Made by a program: the position numbers and the translations under genes
Notes under the pieces: generated by a model
Told to the model about the DNA's origin: nothing
Databases searched by the model: none
Seen by the model: the letters and a program-made list of their open reading frames with translations, nothing else
Part shown: positions 47,785-57,797 of the stretch, in pieces
Position numbering within the stretch: the stretch's first letter is position 1
How the letters are laid out: every line of letters starts with the position of its first letter
Virus record (IMG/VR): IMGVR_UViG_3300036466_000503
Location: 2,705 to 66,704 of that record
Origin: a virus
Strand: one strand, 5' to 3'
Length of the DNA stretch: 64,000 nt

Positions 47785-47985
47785 TTATATCCCAAATAAG
47801 CTATTAAAAGGAATTTTAATATCACTTTCTCCTTTTTGTTCAACCAATACATAAACCCCATTGTATCCTTCATTATCAATTCTTCTCATAATTATATCAG
47901 TATTACTAATATCAACCTTTGTGTTATCTGAAAACATAACAGAAACAGTTTGTTTTTTTAAATTTAATTCTTTCAAGTTAAACAC
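47785..47985 (-). CDS. Hypothetical protein
   Basis: ORF in operon. Confidence 0.55.
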   Translation of the reverse strand: MFNLKELNLKKQTVSVMFSDNTKVDISNTDIIMRRIDNEGYNGVYVLVEQKGESDIKIPFNSLFGI

Positions 47986-47989
47986 CCCT

Positions 47990-48451
47990 TTATAAAGTAC
48001 TTAAAATTAATAAACTAAAACTTAAAGCAAGAAATAATAATTTTACATATCTTAAATCAGAGTACATTTTATTTACAATTTTCATATTTATTTCTTCTAT
48101 TTCAGCATAATGATTAATCATTTTTTCATTTGCATTTAATTTGCTATCAAATTCATTAATAATTTTTTCAATAGTTTTTATCTTTTCCTGATAAGCCCAA
48201 TTAAAACCCTTAAATAATTTAAATAAATAATAAAAAATAAAGACTATAACTGTTAATGCAGTCATGCTAAAGAAAATAACTATACTATTTGAATTATTTA
48301 AATCTATTAGATATTCAATTTTAGTAATTAATATGATTAAAATAAAGAAATAAAATGTTGAAATTGCTTTAATAAAATAATAATCTTTATTAAGTCTTTC
48401 AATAAACTTTAAATACATATCTAATCTATCTTTTTCTTTCAAAGTAAACAC
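47990..48451 (-). CDS. Three-TM membrane protein
   Basis: Hydrophobic segments. Confidence 0.6.
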   Translation of the reverse strand: MFTLKEKDRLDMYLKFIERLNKDYYFIKAISTFYFFILIILITKIEYLIDLNNSNSIVIFFSMTALTVIVFIFYYLFKLFKGFNWAYQEKIKTIEKIINEFDSKLNANEKMINHYAEIEEINMKIVNKMYSDLRYVKLLFLALSFSLLILSTL

Positions 48452-48455
48452 CCCT

Positions 48456-48644
48456 TTATAAAATTATTGTACAAATTATTTCAGCTTTTCCATTTTCCCA
48501 AGTAAAAAGTTGGAGGAATTGATTATATGGAGTTACCTGAATAATTCTTTCTTCTAACCAACCCTCCTGATATCCACCCAAATGTTCAGGGTGGTGTTTT
48601 TGGAGATACTTCTCAATAAAATTAAGCTCTTTGTAATAAACCAT
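48456..48644 (-). CDS. Hypothetical protein
   Basis: Translationally coupled ORF. Confidence 0.6.
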   Translation of the reverse strand: MVYYKELNFIEKYLQKHHPEHLGGYQEGWLEERIIQVTPYNQFLQLFTWENGKAEIICTIIL

Positions 48645-48949
48645 TATTCATTCTCCTTTCTCAACTTCAAATAATCATTAATAGACTTTCTTAAAGTTCT
48701 TACTATATGAAGGACAATGTTTTCATTGTAAAAAATACCAACTGACATAAGGTAAGCTCTTATATCTTTAATAGCTTGATAATCACGAAAAATAAAAACT
48801 TCTCCGTCTATAATGACTAAACAATCACCAATATTTGTGTCTTTAATTTCTCTTTTTTCTAAAATACTCAAACGACCATTTAGTTTATCTGTATAAATAA
48901 TATTTTCTTCCTTATCAACAACAATTTCATAGTCAATCTCTTTAATCAT
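48644..48949 (-). CDS. Hypothetical protein
   Basis: ORF with RBS. Confidence 0.6.
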   Translation of the reverse strand: MIKEIDYEIVVDKEENIIYTDKLNGRLSILEKREIKDTNIGDCLVIIDGEVFIFRDYQAIKDIRAYLMSVGIFYNENIVLHIVRTLRKSINDYLKLRKENE

Positions 48950-48964
48950 TTTTTTTCACCACCT

Positions 48965-49684
48965 TTAAATTCTCCTAATACTATTCCAAACTTCTTTTGA
49001 AGGGAAAAAATCAATAAATTCTTCCAACAGCTTATTGGTTCTAATTACATCATTAAAATTATGTCTATATACTTCTTCTACTTTCCCTGCCTTAACCAAC
49101 TTATTGGTATCTGCACCGTCTATATATTCTTCCTTCTTCATTGGATCAAAAAAGAATTGATATACACTCTGTAAATCATTTTTTTCTGTACTTTTTGTCT
49201 CCTGATAATCCAACCAATCAATATTTTTCTTTTCAAGTATTGCAGCAAGTGTTTTTTTCTTTGTATCATATTTGAGGTTGTTTGCTTTTGCTAATTTTTC
49301 TATATCCTCTTTTAATAATCTTGATTTAGGTGTTGGTTTAGTTATATCAACTGTTGTATTGAGATATTTTTTAATTAAAGGGTAGATATCAAGGTGATCC
49401 ATTTCTTTTAATAACCAAGGTTTTTTCTGCTTTAAAAAGGCTGTTCTTAAAAATGGAATATCAAAGCCTGAATAATAGTTTTCCCCGTTAAAGGTAACCA
49501 AAATTGCTTTATTATACATTTTATCTTTAATTTCTTTTACAATATCCTCAAAATCATTTAGATTTTTTGCTAACTTATAACTATCTCCCACCTTAAAAAC
49601 TGCTGAAACAAAATCTCCATTAACCGCTGATAGAGAAGTAGTTTCAATATCAAACGGGATAAAAAGTTTACCATTCCAATACAT
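48965..49684 (-). CDS. RNase H-like DEDD 3'-5' exonuclease (candidate proofreader for the phage DnaE)
   Basis: FDIETT, TFNG...FDIPFL, HLDIY and HNFNDV motifs. Confidence 0.8.
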   Translation of the reverse strand: MYWNGKLFIPFDIETTSLSAVNGDFVSAVFKVGDSYKLAKNLNDFEDIVKEIKDKMYNKAILVTFNGENYYSGFDIPFLRTAFLKQKKPWLLKEMDHLDIYPLIKKYLNTTVDITKPTPKSRLLKEDIEKLAKANNLKYDTKKKTLAAILEKKNIDWLDYQETKSTEKNDLQSVYQFFFDPMKKEEYIDGADTNKLVKAGKVEEVYRHNFNDVIRTNKLLEEFIDFFPSKEVWNSIRRI

Positions 49685-49780
49685 AAAATAATCACTCCTT
49701 ATAATTTTAAATGAAACAAGTTTTAAATCATTATTTTAAATAAACAAAAAAAAGAAACACTTTAATATCTTTCTATTATT

Positions 49781-49810
49781 ATTATACCTGTATCTTTGGT
49801 TTTAATTCAA
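49781..49810 (-). promoter_or_regulatory. TTGAAT-N18-TATAAT promoter, copy 5
   Basis: Motif match. Confidence 0.75.
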
Positions 49811-49849
49811 AAGATATATGAAAATAATATTAAAGTATTTCTTTAAAAA

Positions 49850-50845
49850 CTAATTAAGTTTATCTCTTTTTTCAAAAAACTTATCAAATATTTCTTTTTC
49901 TTTAATTTCTGCTATGTCTTTATACTTTTCTTTATCTTTATCGTCTTTTAAATAGAGTTTAATAACTTCAACATTAACTATTGGTAGAAGCTCTTTGATA
50001 GCCTTATTTCGCCCATTTACACCCTCTGTGTCATTATCAAAGGCAAGTATAACCGTACCTGATAACTGCCTTAACAACCACTTTCTCTGTCCTATATCGT
50101 TGTTTCCAAGTGCAACTGCCTTATATCCCCACTCTGCAAGTCTTAATACGGACTTTTCGTCTTCAACAACTATTACATAATCATTTTTTTTATTTATCAG
50201 CTTTTGAATACCAAAAAGAGTATCTGTTTTCTGACCACCTGATTTTGTTTTATATTTATTCTCCATTTTTTCTGTAATATCTCTGCCTGCAATAGCAATA
50301 ACCGTATTATCTTTATCATACCAAGGAAAAGTAACCCTGTTATATAATTCATCTTGCGGATCATAGCAGAAACCAATCTTAAATTCTTTCAATATTTCAA
50401 GACTAAAACCCTTATCAAGCATATATTGGTGCTGATTTTCTGCATATTTATTAACCATTGTTTGACTGACTACATTTTTTTCTTTATCTCTTTCAACCAA
50501 TGATAGCAGGCTGTTTTGTTTTTTCTTTTGAGTGCTTTTAAAATCAATCGTCTGACCTCTTAAATCTTTTCCTGCTATTAGCTTTAATGCTTCGTAAAAG
50601 TCAACTTTTTCAACTGCTTTTACAAAATCAATCAAATCACCACTTGCTCCACAACCAAAGCATTTATAAAGCTGTTTTTCTTCATTTACAAATAGGGAAG
50701 GTGTGCTGTCCTCGTGAAAAGGACATACACCTTTATATTCATTTGAACTCTGCTGTTCAAGGTTTGTATAGACACCAACAACCCCAATCATTGAAGTGTT
50801 ATCTTTAATCTCCTGTATATTTACCATATTACTCAACCCTGTCAT
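49850..50845 (-). CDS. dnaG: DNA primase (CHC2 Zn finger plus TOPRIM)
   Basis: CPFHEDSTPS, CFGCG, RVTFP, AGR and AFDND motifs. Confidence 0.93.
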   Translation of the reverse strand: MTGLSNMVNIQEIKDNTSMIGVVGVYTNLEQQSSNEYKGVCPFHEDSTPSLFVNEEKQLYKCFGCGASGDLIDFVKAVEKVDFYEALKLIAGKDLRGQTIDFKSTQKKKQNSLLSLVERDKEKNVVSQTMVNKYAENQHQYMLDKGFSLEILKEFKIGFCYDPQDELYNRVTFPWYDKDNTVIAIAGRDITEKMENKYKTKSGGQKTDTLFGIQKLINKKNDYVIVVEDEKSVLRLAEWGYKAVALGNNDIGQRKWLLRQLSGTVILAFDNDTEGVNGRNKAIKELLPIVNVEVIKLYLKDDKDKEKYKDIAEIKEKEIFDKFFEKRDKLN

Positions 50846-51209
50846 TAACTTCTACATTAGTGCCAACATAAACCCTTCCATATGCTTTAATTATTGTTTT
50901 ATTTCCTGTTCTTAATACTACTGTTTCGTCTTTCATTTGATATACTTCTTTAATTAACATATCAATAAGTTCATCTGCTATTTCAACCCCTCTGACTTTT
51001 TTAAAGTTTTCGGGATAATCACTAACCTTAACTACATTTTTTGCTAAAAACTCAAACTCTCCATCTAAAGTTTGTACTTCTATACTTTCCCCAATATCAA
51101 CAACCCTCAATGGTCTCCCAAGAAGACTATTATCTTTTGGAAAATCAATATCCTCTAACTTTTCCACAACCACAATATCGTTCACATTAATATTTTTCAC
51201 ATTAACCAC
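50829..51209 (-). CDS. Hypothetical protein
   Basis: ORF between helicase and primase. Confidence 0.65.
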   Translation of the reverse strand: MVNVKNINVNDIVVVEKLEDIDFPKDNSLLGRPLRVVDIGESIEVQTLDGEFEFLAKNVVKVSDYPENFKKVRGVEIADELIDMLIKEVYQMKDETVVLRTGNKTIIKAYGRVYVGTNVEVNDRVE

Positions 51210-51215
51210 TCCTTT

Positions 51216-52610
51216 TTATTTGTTAACTTCCTGAAAAAGTAATCTATTTTCGTCAAGTCTAAGCTCCACACATTCTCCATTAGCCTCAAAGTTATGCTTT
51301 TTTCCACTTCGTGTTTTCTTTGCAATGAGTGCAAAGTCTCCACTAAAAAGAAACTTTTCTCTTTCTTCTTTTGTTATTGTTTTTAATATTAAAAAGTTGG
51401 AAGCATATCTTTCTATATCCTGACTTTCAGCAGCAAGCATACTATCATAGGTTTTTGCCTGACTTGCAGTTATTACAAATATATCTAATGGAATTGCTAT
51501 TTTTTCCTTCATTACATTAACTACATTCCCCAACCAATGTCTTGTTACCATTTCGTCTTTACCCCGATAAGCACTACTAACTTTCACATAATCCCACACA
51601 AAACCAACTATACCGTATTTTTTCTTAAAATATCTTGCTCTTCTCAATAGTTTTTCAGGTGTATAATCATCCATTTGGTCAAGATAGATAGGGCTTTTTT
51701 GAAGTTCTGCTATTGCTCTGCTTATTTTTTGCTTTAATTTTTCGTTACCTGGCTTATTATATAGTCCGTTTTCAATATATATCATTGGAATGCCTGTCAT
51801 TTCAGAAAGAAGTCTTTCTCTTTGTTCTTTTAGCGTCATTTCATTAGCACCCCAATAGATAGGTTGTTTTAGGTCAACTCCAATTTTTTTAACAATACTT
51901 TTTAGTATTAGTGATTTTCCAACATTAGTTTGAGCGTTAATTACTGTTACAGCACCCTTTCTTAAAATACCTCTTGTATATTTGTCGATTGAAGGGAATG
52001 GACTTTCAAAGCCTTTAAATGACTTCTCTACAACTTCCCTGTTCATAAACTCTTCCATCATACCCTCTGCTATATGTTCTGCTTTATCGGTGGTATCTGT
52101 GAAGGTATCAGTTATTTCTAATACTTCTTCTTCAACTTTTTGGAGTACATCTTCAAGTTCAAGTGTTTTATAATTATTTTCAAGATCTATATTAATTTTT
52201 TCATTTCTTAATACTATTTCATTAACCGCTGAAATTTTCTTTAATTCTGTGATATACATATCTATACTTTTTGAATCCACATCAAATTTATGAAGTGCTC
52301 TTACATATTTTGAAACTGACTGCTCTGCATTATCTTTAGCGGACCCAAGTTCTTTTGCAAAAACTTCTCTTACATTATGAAATTTATCAATATAATTAAT
52401 AATTGTTACTTCGTCAAACTTTGAATTTTCCATATCTTTTTTTCTCGATATATAGTCAAGAATTTCAAAAAGAGATCTGTTGTACTCAACCCCTGTATAT
52501 TTATCAAAATCTTCAGCAGTTAGCCCTGTTTCATATATCAGGGAAGGGTTTTGAATTATAGAAGCCAAAATACTCTGTTCAATTATCTTGCTATTTATCA
52601 TTTTTTCCAT
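51216..52610 (-). CDS. dnaB: Replicative DnaB-like helicase
   Basis: EQSILA N-terminus, AQTNVGKS, NEM, WDYV, TASQ and KKTRSG motifs. Confidence 0.9.
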   Translation of the reverse strand: MEKMINSKIIEQSILASIIQNPSLIYETGLTAEDFDKYTGVEYNRSLFEILDYISRKKDMENSKFDEVTIINYIDKFHNVREVFAKELGSAKDNAEQSVSKYVRALHKFDVDSKSIDMYITELKKISAVNEIVLRNEKINIDLENNYKTLELEDVLQKVEEEVLEITDTFTDTTDKAEHIAEGMMEEFMNREVVEKSFKGFESPFPSIDKYTRGILRKGAVTVINAQTNVGKSLILKSIVKKIGVDLKQPIYWGANEMTLKEQRERLLSEMTGIPMIYIENGLYNKPGNEKLKQKISRAIAELQKSPIYLDQMDDYTPEKLLRRARYFKKKYGIVGFVWDYVKVSSAYRGKDEMVTRHWLGNVVNVMKEKIAIPLDIFVITASQAKTYDSMLAAESQDIERYASNFLILKTITKEEREKFLFSGDFALIAKKTRSGKKHNFEANGECVELRLDENRLLFQEVNK

Positions 52611-52701
52611 AGATATACCTCCTATTTATTGAAAAAAAACCAATTTAAAAAAGAAAAAGGGGATAGGTTTTGTATTTATCCCCTTATTTTACTGCCTAAA
52701 A

Positions 52702-53700
52702 CTAATCAGATTGAGCTGTATCGTCTTCTTTAGTATTAATCATACTTTGATACTGTTTAGAGCTTAAAACCTCTAAATACTTCTTTTGCTCGCCTATATT
52801 AAGTTCTGCAATGCTTTCTTTTTTAAATAACTGCTGTAAAATAGCTTTATTATCTTCAGGACTTACTTTTTCAGTCTTTAGTATTTTAATCAGAGATTTT
52901 TTTACTTCTTTTTCTTCCTGCTTTTGATAATAATTTTTAATCATTTCTTCAGTTACACCCTGCTTTTTATTATTCTTTTCAATAGCAGAATTAAAAGCTT
53001 CTTTTAATTCGTCAAAATCAAGGTTGATTGTGTCAACTCCAAAATCTAACCTGCCACCTGCCTCTTGATTAGTGGTTGGTCTTACAAATAACTTTCTGTT
53101 GCCTTCATTATCAAAATCAGCCAATAAGAAAATATCAGCAATATTTTTGATAAAATCTCCACTACTTCCTCCAATATCAAGATCTATAATATCCTTTTCT
53201 CCACCTATACCGTTTTTCTCATTCTTAACTTTGATATGAGCAATTATCACAACACCAAAATTATTTGAGAGGAGTTTTCTTGTTACATTAGCAAATTCAG
53301 TCTTTACATAACCCCAACCTTCCCCATAATCAAGCTGTGAAGGGTGTGTTATTCCGTGCTTTTTACATACATAATCCTGACATTGGTCATAAGCTACACC
53401 GTATGGATCAACTATTACAGTCTGAAAACCATAACCTTTATTCTGAATAAATTCGTCAATTAGCTTCTTAAAAATCAACCAAGGGTGTGCATTTAATTCG
53501 TTGGCTTTTTCTATAATATCTGTTTCATGAGTTAATAACCCTGAAGTTGACGGTTCAAATTTAAAGTGATAAGGTTTTGGATACTTATTAGCAAGTGTTG
53601 TTTTACCAATCTTATTTCGCCCTGTAAGAACCCAAATAAACTCATTCATTTTTTGCTTTGGAATTGAGACTTCCAAATTTACTAAACTCAAATAAACCAC
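52702..53700 (-). CDS. Sak4-like AAA_24 ATPase / single-strand annealing protein
   Basis: GRNKIGKTT, TVIVD, YGEGW and IIAH motifs. Adjacent to SSB. Confidence 0.8.
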   Translation of the reverse strand: MVYLSLVNLEVSIPKQKMNEFIWVLTGRNKIGKTTLANKYPKPYHFKFEPSTSGLLTHETDIIEKANELNAHPWLIFKKLIDEFIQNKGYGFQTVIVDPYGVAYDQCQDYVCKKHGITHPSQLDYGEGWGYVKTEFANVTRKLLSNNFGVVIIAHIKVKNEKNGIGGEKDIIDLDIGGSSGDFIKNIADIFLLADFDNEGNRKLFVRPTTNQEAGGRLDFGVDTINLDFDELKEAFNSAIEKNNKKQGVTEEMIKNYYQKQEEKEVKKSLIKILKTEKVSPEDNKAILQQLFKKESIAELNIGEQKKYLEVLSSKQYQSMINTKEDDTAQSD

Positions 53701-53811
53701 TCCTTATTTTTTATATTAAATCCCCTAAATCAACCAAGACTTAGGGGATATTTAAAACTTTACAATAATATTATTAAAGTCATTTAATGTATTATTTTAA
53801 ATATGAATAAA

Positions 53812-54774
53812 TTAATAAATATCAGCAAAATCACTTGCGTCAAATTCGTCTTCTTCTGTATCGTCTAAAGTAATACCTTCATTTAAGTCAATGCCTTCAA
53901 GGTCTTCGTCTTCAATTGGTTTATATTTAGCATTTACTTTACCTACATATTTAATTTCAACTTCATTTAGGTTGCCCTGTACAATATCATATTCGTTTAC
54001 AATCTTTCTTGTGTTAATACTGCAACCAAGAACTATATTGTCATACAGGTTAACTTTTTCGTCAATTTCTTCTGCCTTATCTCCATAAGCCACAATGTGA
54101 AGGAAGGTGATCTTATACAGCTTATTTTTAATACCTTGAATTTTTTCAGCAAGTGAATAGAGCTGCTTTAGATTTTCTGCGTCTGTATTTTCTACTTCTT
54201 TTTTAAGTAGTAAAACCTTTTGGCTTACATCATTACTTTTATATTTAATGTATCCTTCAATTTCCTGAATAAGAGCCTGTTTAATATCAAGATCCTTTTT
54301 TCTTGTTTCAGAATTAAATCTGTTTAAAATCGCAACTACAACTTCTGCTTTAGTCTGCTTTTGATTAACTTTTTCTCCTCTGACTGTATCTGTCAGGCTA
54401 ATGTTTTTTTCTACAATATCGCAATTAAAATTAGTAATTGCTTTTTCTTCAGAAAGCTCTGATACTTTTTCAAGGTTATACACTTTATCTTTACCGATAA
54501 TTTTATTGTTTACCTGGCGGCTGTATTCTCCATTATATAAATTTTCTTCAAGTTCTCCTTTAATCTCGTACTTATCACCCTCTACAATACCATTAAGTGT
54601 TTTCTTTACAATTCCACTTGGCTTTTCCCACATCATAGCTGTTACAAGGTTTCCATTAGCGTCTAATTTAATTTTTCCAAATGGAGTTCTTAATCCTTCA
54701 GTTCTGTACTCCACAGAAACCACAGTACCAATAACCCTTGCGTTGTTCTCAAATTTACCTCTCACAAAAATCAC
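53812..54774 (-). CDS. Single-stranded DNA-binding protein (two OB folds, acidic tail)
   Basis: N..RVIG.V, IKGELEENLY, very acidic C-terminus ending FADIY. Confidence 0.7.
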   Translation of the reverse strand: MIFVRGKFENNARVIGTVVSVEYRTEGLRTPFGKIKLDANGNLVTAMMWEKPSGIVKKTLNGIVEGDKYEIKGELEENLYNGEYSRQVNNKIIGKDKVYNLEKVSELSEEKAITNFNCDIVEKNISLTDTVRGEKVNQKQTKAEVVVAILNRFNSETRKKDLDIKQALIQEIEGYIKYKSNDVSQKVLLLKKEVENTDAENLKQLYSLAEKIQGIKNKLYKITFLHIVAYGDKAEEIDEKVNLYDNIVLGCSINTRKIVNEYDIVQGNLNEVEIKYVGKVNAKYKPIEDEDLEGIDLNEGITLDDTEEDEFDASDFADIY

Positions 54775-54827
54775 TCCTTAAAAGTTTTTTTGAGGGGGTT
54801 CAAATTGCGATACCCCCTTATTTAATT

Positions 54828-54962
54828 TTATCTTAAAATCTCAATCGCCTTTACCAACTTATCAGATTGTTCATCTGTTAGGTCAGCTCCAAATGTATTT
54901 AAAATACCAAGAAGATTTTCTCTTCCAAGCTCTAATGGAATATTATCTCTGTTAGTTCTCAC
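54828..54962 (-). CDS. 44-aa hypothetical protein (not in ORF track)
   Basis: RBS AAAGGAGG, GTG start, MRTNRDNIPLELGRENLL...ILR. Confidence 0.65.
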   Translation of the reverse strand: MRTNRDNIPLELGRENLLGILNTFGADLTDEQSDKLVKAIEILR

Positions 54963-55018
54963 TCTTCAACCTCCTTTGTAAAATTTCCATAATTGGTAAT
55001 TTTTTCTTATCTGATGTT

Positions 55019-55166
55019 ATTATACCCTATCTCTTATTTTTATTCAAGCAATTTTAAAAAAATATTTAAAACTTTTTTTTAAAACTTCTATTTTGTTAGC
55101 TTTTCCAAAAATGCAATTTTTTTCCTTTTCTAATTCTATTATACCCTATGTATTTTTTTAATTCAA
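55019..55166 (-). promoter_or_regulatory. Tandem TTGAAT-N17-TATAAT promoters, copies 6 and 7
   Basis: 55019-55047 and 55138-55166, both with ATAGGGTATAATA. Confidence 0.75.
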
Positions 55167-55198
55167 AAAGAAATTACAAATTATTTATTAAATTTTTT

Positions 55199-56278
55199 CT
55201 AATAGGAAGAATTTCTCCTATTAAACCTCTTATGGTCGTTGATATGTCGGACTATTTCGCCCTTTTTAGTTAGTCCGTTTGAAAATACATCTTCCAATAC
55301 TGTAAAGAAATAACCGATATTAGCATTTCTCATAGCTGTAATTTCTAAGAGGTAAAACATTACTCTATTATCCAATGTACGCTCAAAAATAAGCTCTAAC
55401 TGCTTCAATGAAGGATATTTGGAGAAGGTTTTGTAAAAATCGACCACAAATTGGTAATTGACTTCTGTCTGATACTCTTCAGGCAAGTTATCCACAAGCC
55501 TTTTTGATTTTTCGAAAAATGAGAGCCTTTCTTCTCCTTCTTCTTTAAGTTCTTGTTTAAGATCTTTAGGGCTATTCTTTGTGGGGTACAACTGTCGTGG
55601 GGACAGAGGTTCCCCACGGTCATTTTTTTTAGTTGCAAAATGTTCCCTACGGTCAGCTTCCTGATTTGACGGGGACTTCTCCTCCTCTGCAAAATGTTCC
55701 CCACGGTGTGCAAAATGTTCCCCACGGTCGCCGTTATCTGCAAAATGTTCCCCACGGTCATTTTTATTTGAGTTTTTTTTGCTTGCCTGTGGATAACTTT
55801 CTTCTTTACCCTGATTTTCTTTATCTTGACCAACAAAAGGAAAGAGGGAATATGTATTAGTTGCAAATCTACCTAATTTTTCATTTAATATTTTATCTCT
55901 CTTTTCCTTATTTTTATCTTTTCCATTATCATCTTTTTTAATTGGATATCTTTCATAGGCTAATTGTTCAGTCCAAACTTCCTGTCTTACATGAAGATAA
56001 CCTTCTTCTATCAATTCTCTTTTTGCCCTTTTAACTGTCTTCAGCGAAACCCCCGCTTCTTGTTTAATTCTTTCATTTGAAATAAAACATTTACCATCTC
56101 CGTCAATGTGTGAAGCAAGAGAAAGAAAAACAACTACTGTACTTGTCTTTAGTTCATTCATTTGAAGTCGTGGGAACATAGTATATAATTTTACAAAGGA
56201 AAGTTTAGAAAAATCTTTGTACATATTAAGCCTTCCTTCGTTCCCGAAGGTTATTGTAGCATCTCTAAATTTACTCAT
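55199..56278 (-). CDS. Replication initiator (N-terminal wHTH, C-terminal DnaD-like region)
   Basis: CFISNERIKQEAGVSLKTVKRAKRELIEEGY...TNTY. Contains internal iterons. Confidence 0.8.
   Translation of the reverse strand: MSKFRDATITFGNEGRLNMYKDFSKLSFVKLYTMFPRLQMNELKTSTVVVFLSLASHIDGDGKCFISNERIKQEAGVSLKTVKRAKRELIEEGYLHVRQEVWTEQLAYERYPIKKDDNGKDKNKEKRDKILNEKLGRFATNTYSLFPFVGQDKENQGKEESYPQASKKNSNKNDRGEHFADNGDRGEHFAHRGEHFAEEEKSPSNQEADRREHFATKKNDRGEPLSPRQLYPTKNSPKDLKQELKEEGEERLSFFEKSKRLVDNLPEEYQTEVNYQFVVDFYKTFSKYPSLKQLELIFERTLDNRVMFYLLEITAMRNANIGYFFTVLEDVFSNGLTKKGEIVRHINDHKRFNRRNSSY
55488..55796. other. Replication origin: five TGCAAAATGTTCCCCACGGT-type iterons bracketed by two perfect DnaA boxes
   Basis: Iterons at 55609 (partial), 55634, 55688, 55709 and 55739. 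TTATCCACA at 55488 and TGTGGATAA at 55788. Confidence 0.85.
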
Positions 56279-56341
56279 TTTTTCACTCCTTTTTTTTTAA
56301 TTTTGTCTTGAAACTTAAAAGAAAAAGTTATATAATAATAA

Positions 56342-56549
56342 ATGCCTAATCAAACTTCTATCAAAAGCTCATTTTTTCATTCCTTTTTCCGAAGGTTATT
56401 GTAGCAGTTTTTAGATAGTGGTTTTAAGGTAATATAATAATAAGAGAAAGTTTTTAGAGGGCTTTCTTAGTTTTACGATTACAATAATGTTTAGCTGGCA
56501 GAATTGTAATCTCTCTTTTGAGAGCAGTTTTTATACTGCTCTTTTTTTT
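56342..56549 (+). ncRNA. Putative antisense/counter-transcribed RNA regulating the initiator
   Basis: TTGAAA-N17-TATAAT at 56308-56336, three hairpins, terminator AGAGCAGT/ACTGCTCT+T, two 20-21-nt copies of the anti-rep initiation region. Confidence 0.65.
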
Positions 56550-56553
56550 ATTT

Positions 56554-56877
56554 TTATTCATCTTTTATTACAATCCAATCATCGTCTTTTAGCCCCTTTA
56601 TAACCCTCTTTGCTGTTCTTTCACTAATTCCTGCCTTCTCTGCAACAAAATCCAATGGTAACTCTTCCATACCACCTTCTCCTAAAGTTTGAGCGTAAAG
56701 CAGAAAAACTTTTATTCTTGATCCGTGTAAATGCCTAAGTGCTTTTTCTGAAAAATTCCTGTTAAATCTTATATATTCCTTTTCTACAACTGTTCCGTCT
56801 TCTTTTACTATTCTATCTACACCTGTTCCAAGTCCAAGCTCTTCAAAACTATGTTTTCTTCTATGATCTTCGCTCAT
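56554..56877 (-). CDS. HTH protein related to the initiator N-terminal domain
   Basis: KVFL...VAEKAGISERTAKRVIKGLKDDDWI. Confidence 0.75.
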   Translation of the reverse strand: MSEDHRRKHSFEELGLGTGVDRIVKEDGTVVEKEYIRFNRNFSEKALRHLHGSRIKVFLLYAQTLGEGGMEELPLDFVAEKAGISERTAKRVIKGLKDDDWIVIKDE

Positions 56878-56997
56878 TATTAAATCCCCCTTTTTTTGAT
56901 TATTTATTAAATATCATCATACCATAGTGTTTACATTTTTTCAAAAAATTATGTACATAAAAAAAAGGTACGGAATGAACCCGCACCTTCTAATTAA

Positions 56998-57603
56998 TTA
57001 AGCTACATTTTTTTCAATAATACCTTTAAGCTTTTTTCTTATTTTCTTTAATCTATAATCAATAGCCTGAAAGGATACACCCTCTATTTCTGCTATTTCT
57101 GTAATAGTTAACTCTTCCATATAGTACATATCTATCATACGGGCTTCCTGCTCATTTAAATGATAATATAGATAATCAATAGTGTTTTGGTCTATATAAC
57201 TTGCTTCAAGGTCATAATCGTCTTCAAAATCTAATGTCTGACCGTCTTCATACTCATAGTCAAGGCTGATAGAGTTATCCATTATTTCATCACTTTCAGA
57301 GTTATAAAAGTCCTTTACAGCACTATCTAATACATAATAAAGGAAAGTATTAAATGCTGCTTTTTCAGGTTTATATAACCTAATAGCCTTTTCTATTGTT
57401 TCAAGAAGAAGATACTGCATAAGATCTTCGTTGATATAACCATTATTTTTTGCAGAACTTTTAATTGTCCTGATATTATTATCAATTACTTTTTTAACCT
57501 CTTTTTTATCACCATTTTTTGCTTTTTCCCAATTAACCTCTTGACCATACTGTTCAGCAGAAACCTCATATTTACTTAGTTCAAATTTATTCAAATTAAC
57601 CAC
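56998..57603 (-). CDS. Sigma-70 family sigma factor
   Basis: AKNGD, EDLMQ, AIRLYKPEKAAFNTF, ISLD and EIAEIEGVSFQAI motifs. Confidence 0.88.
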   Translation of the reverse strand: MVNLNKFELSKYEVSAEQYGQEVNWEKAKNGDKKEVKKVIDNNIRTIKSSAKNNGYINEDLMQYLLLETIEKAIRLYKPEKAAFNTFLYYVLDSAVKDFYNSESDEIMDNSISLDYEYEDGQTLDFEDDYDLEASYIDQNTIDYLYYHLNEQEARMIDMYYMEELTITEIAEIEGVSFQAIDYRLKKIRKKLKGIIEKNVA

Positions 57604-57633
57604 TCCTTAGTTTTTTTTAGTTTTCACTTATAA

Positions 57634-57746
57634 CTATACTATTAATCGCTTTTCATATTATTTATATTTTAATTAATAGTATAGCAGAATGGTTTAATTA
57701 ACATTTAAAATAATGCTTGACAAGGTTTGTCATATAATATATAATT
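57634..57746. promoter_or_regulatory. Divergent switch region: 13-bp inverted repeat, TGACAAggtTTGTCA palindrome and TTGACA-N17-TATAAT promoter
   Basis: CTATACTATTAAT at 57634 / ATTAATAGTATAG at 57672. Palindrome at 57719-57733 overlaps the -35. Confidence 0.7.
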
Positions 57747-57797
57747 ATAAGTGAAATAACAGTCTTACTACAACCAAATCAGAAAGGATTTGATTAT

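Noticed and set aside
55405-55866. Alternative-frame ORFs 55405..55866 (-) and 55633..55860 (+)
   Set aside because: Shadows of the iteron repeats within the initiator gene. No RBS.
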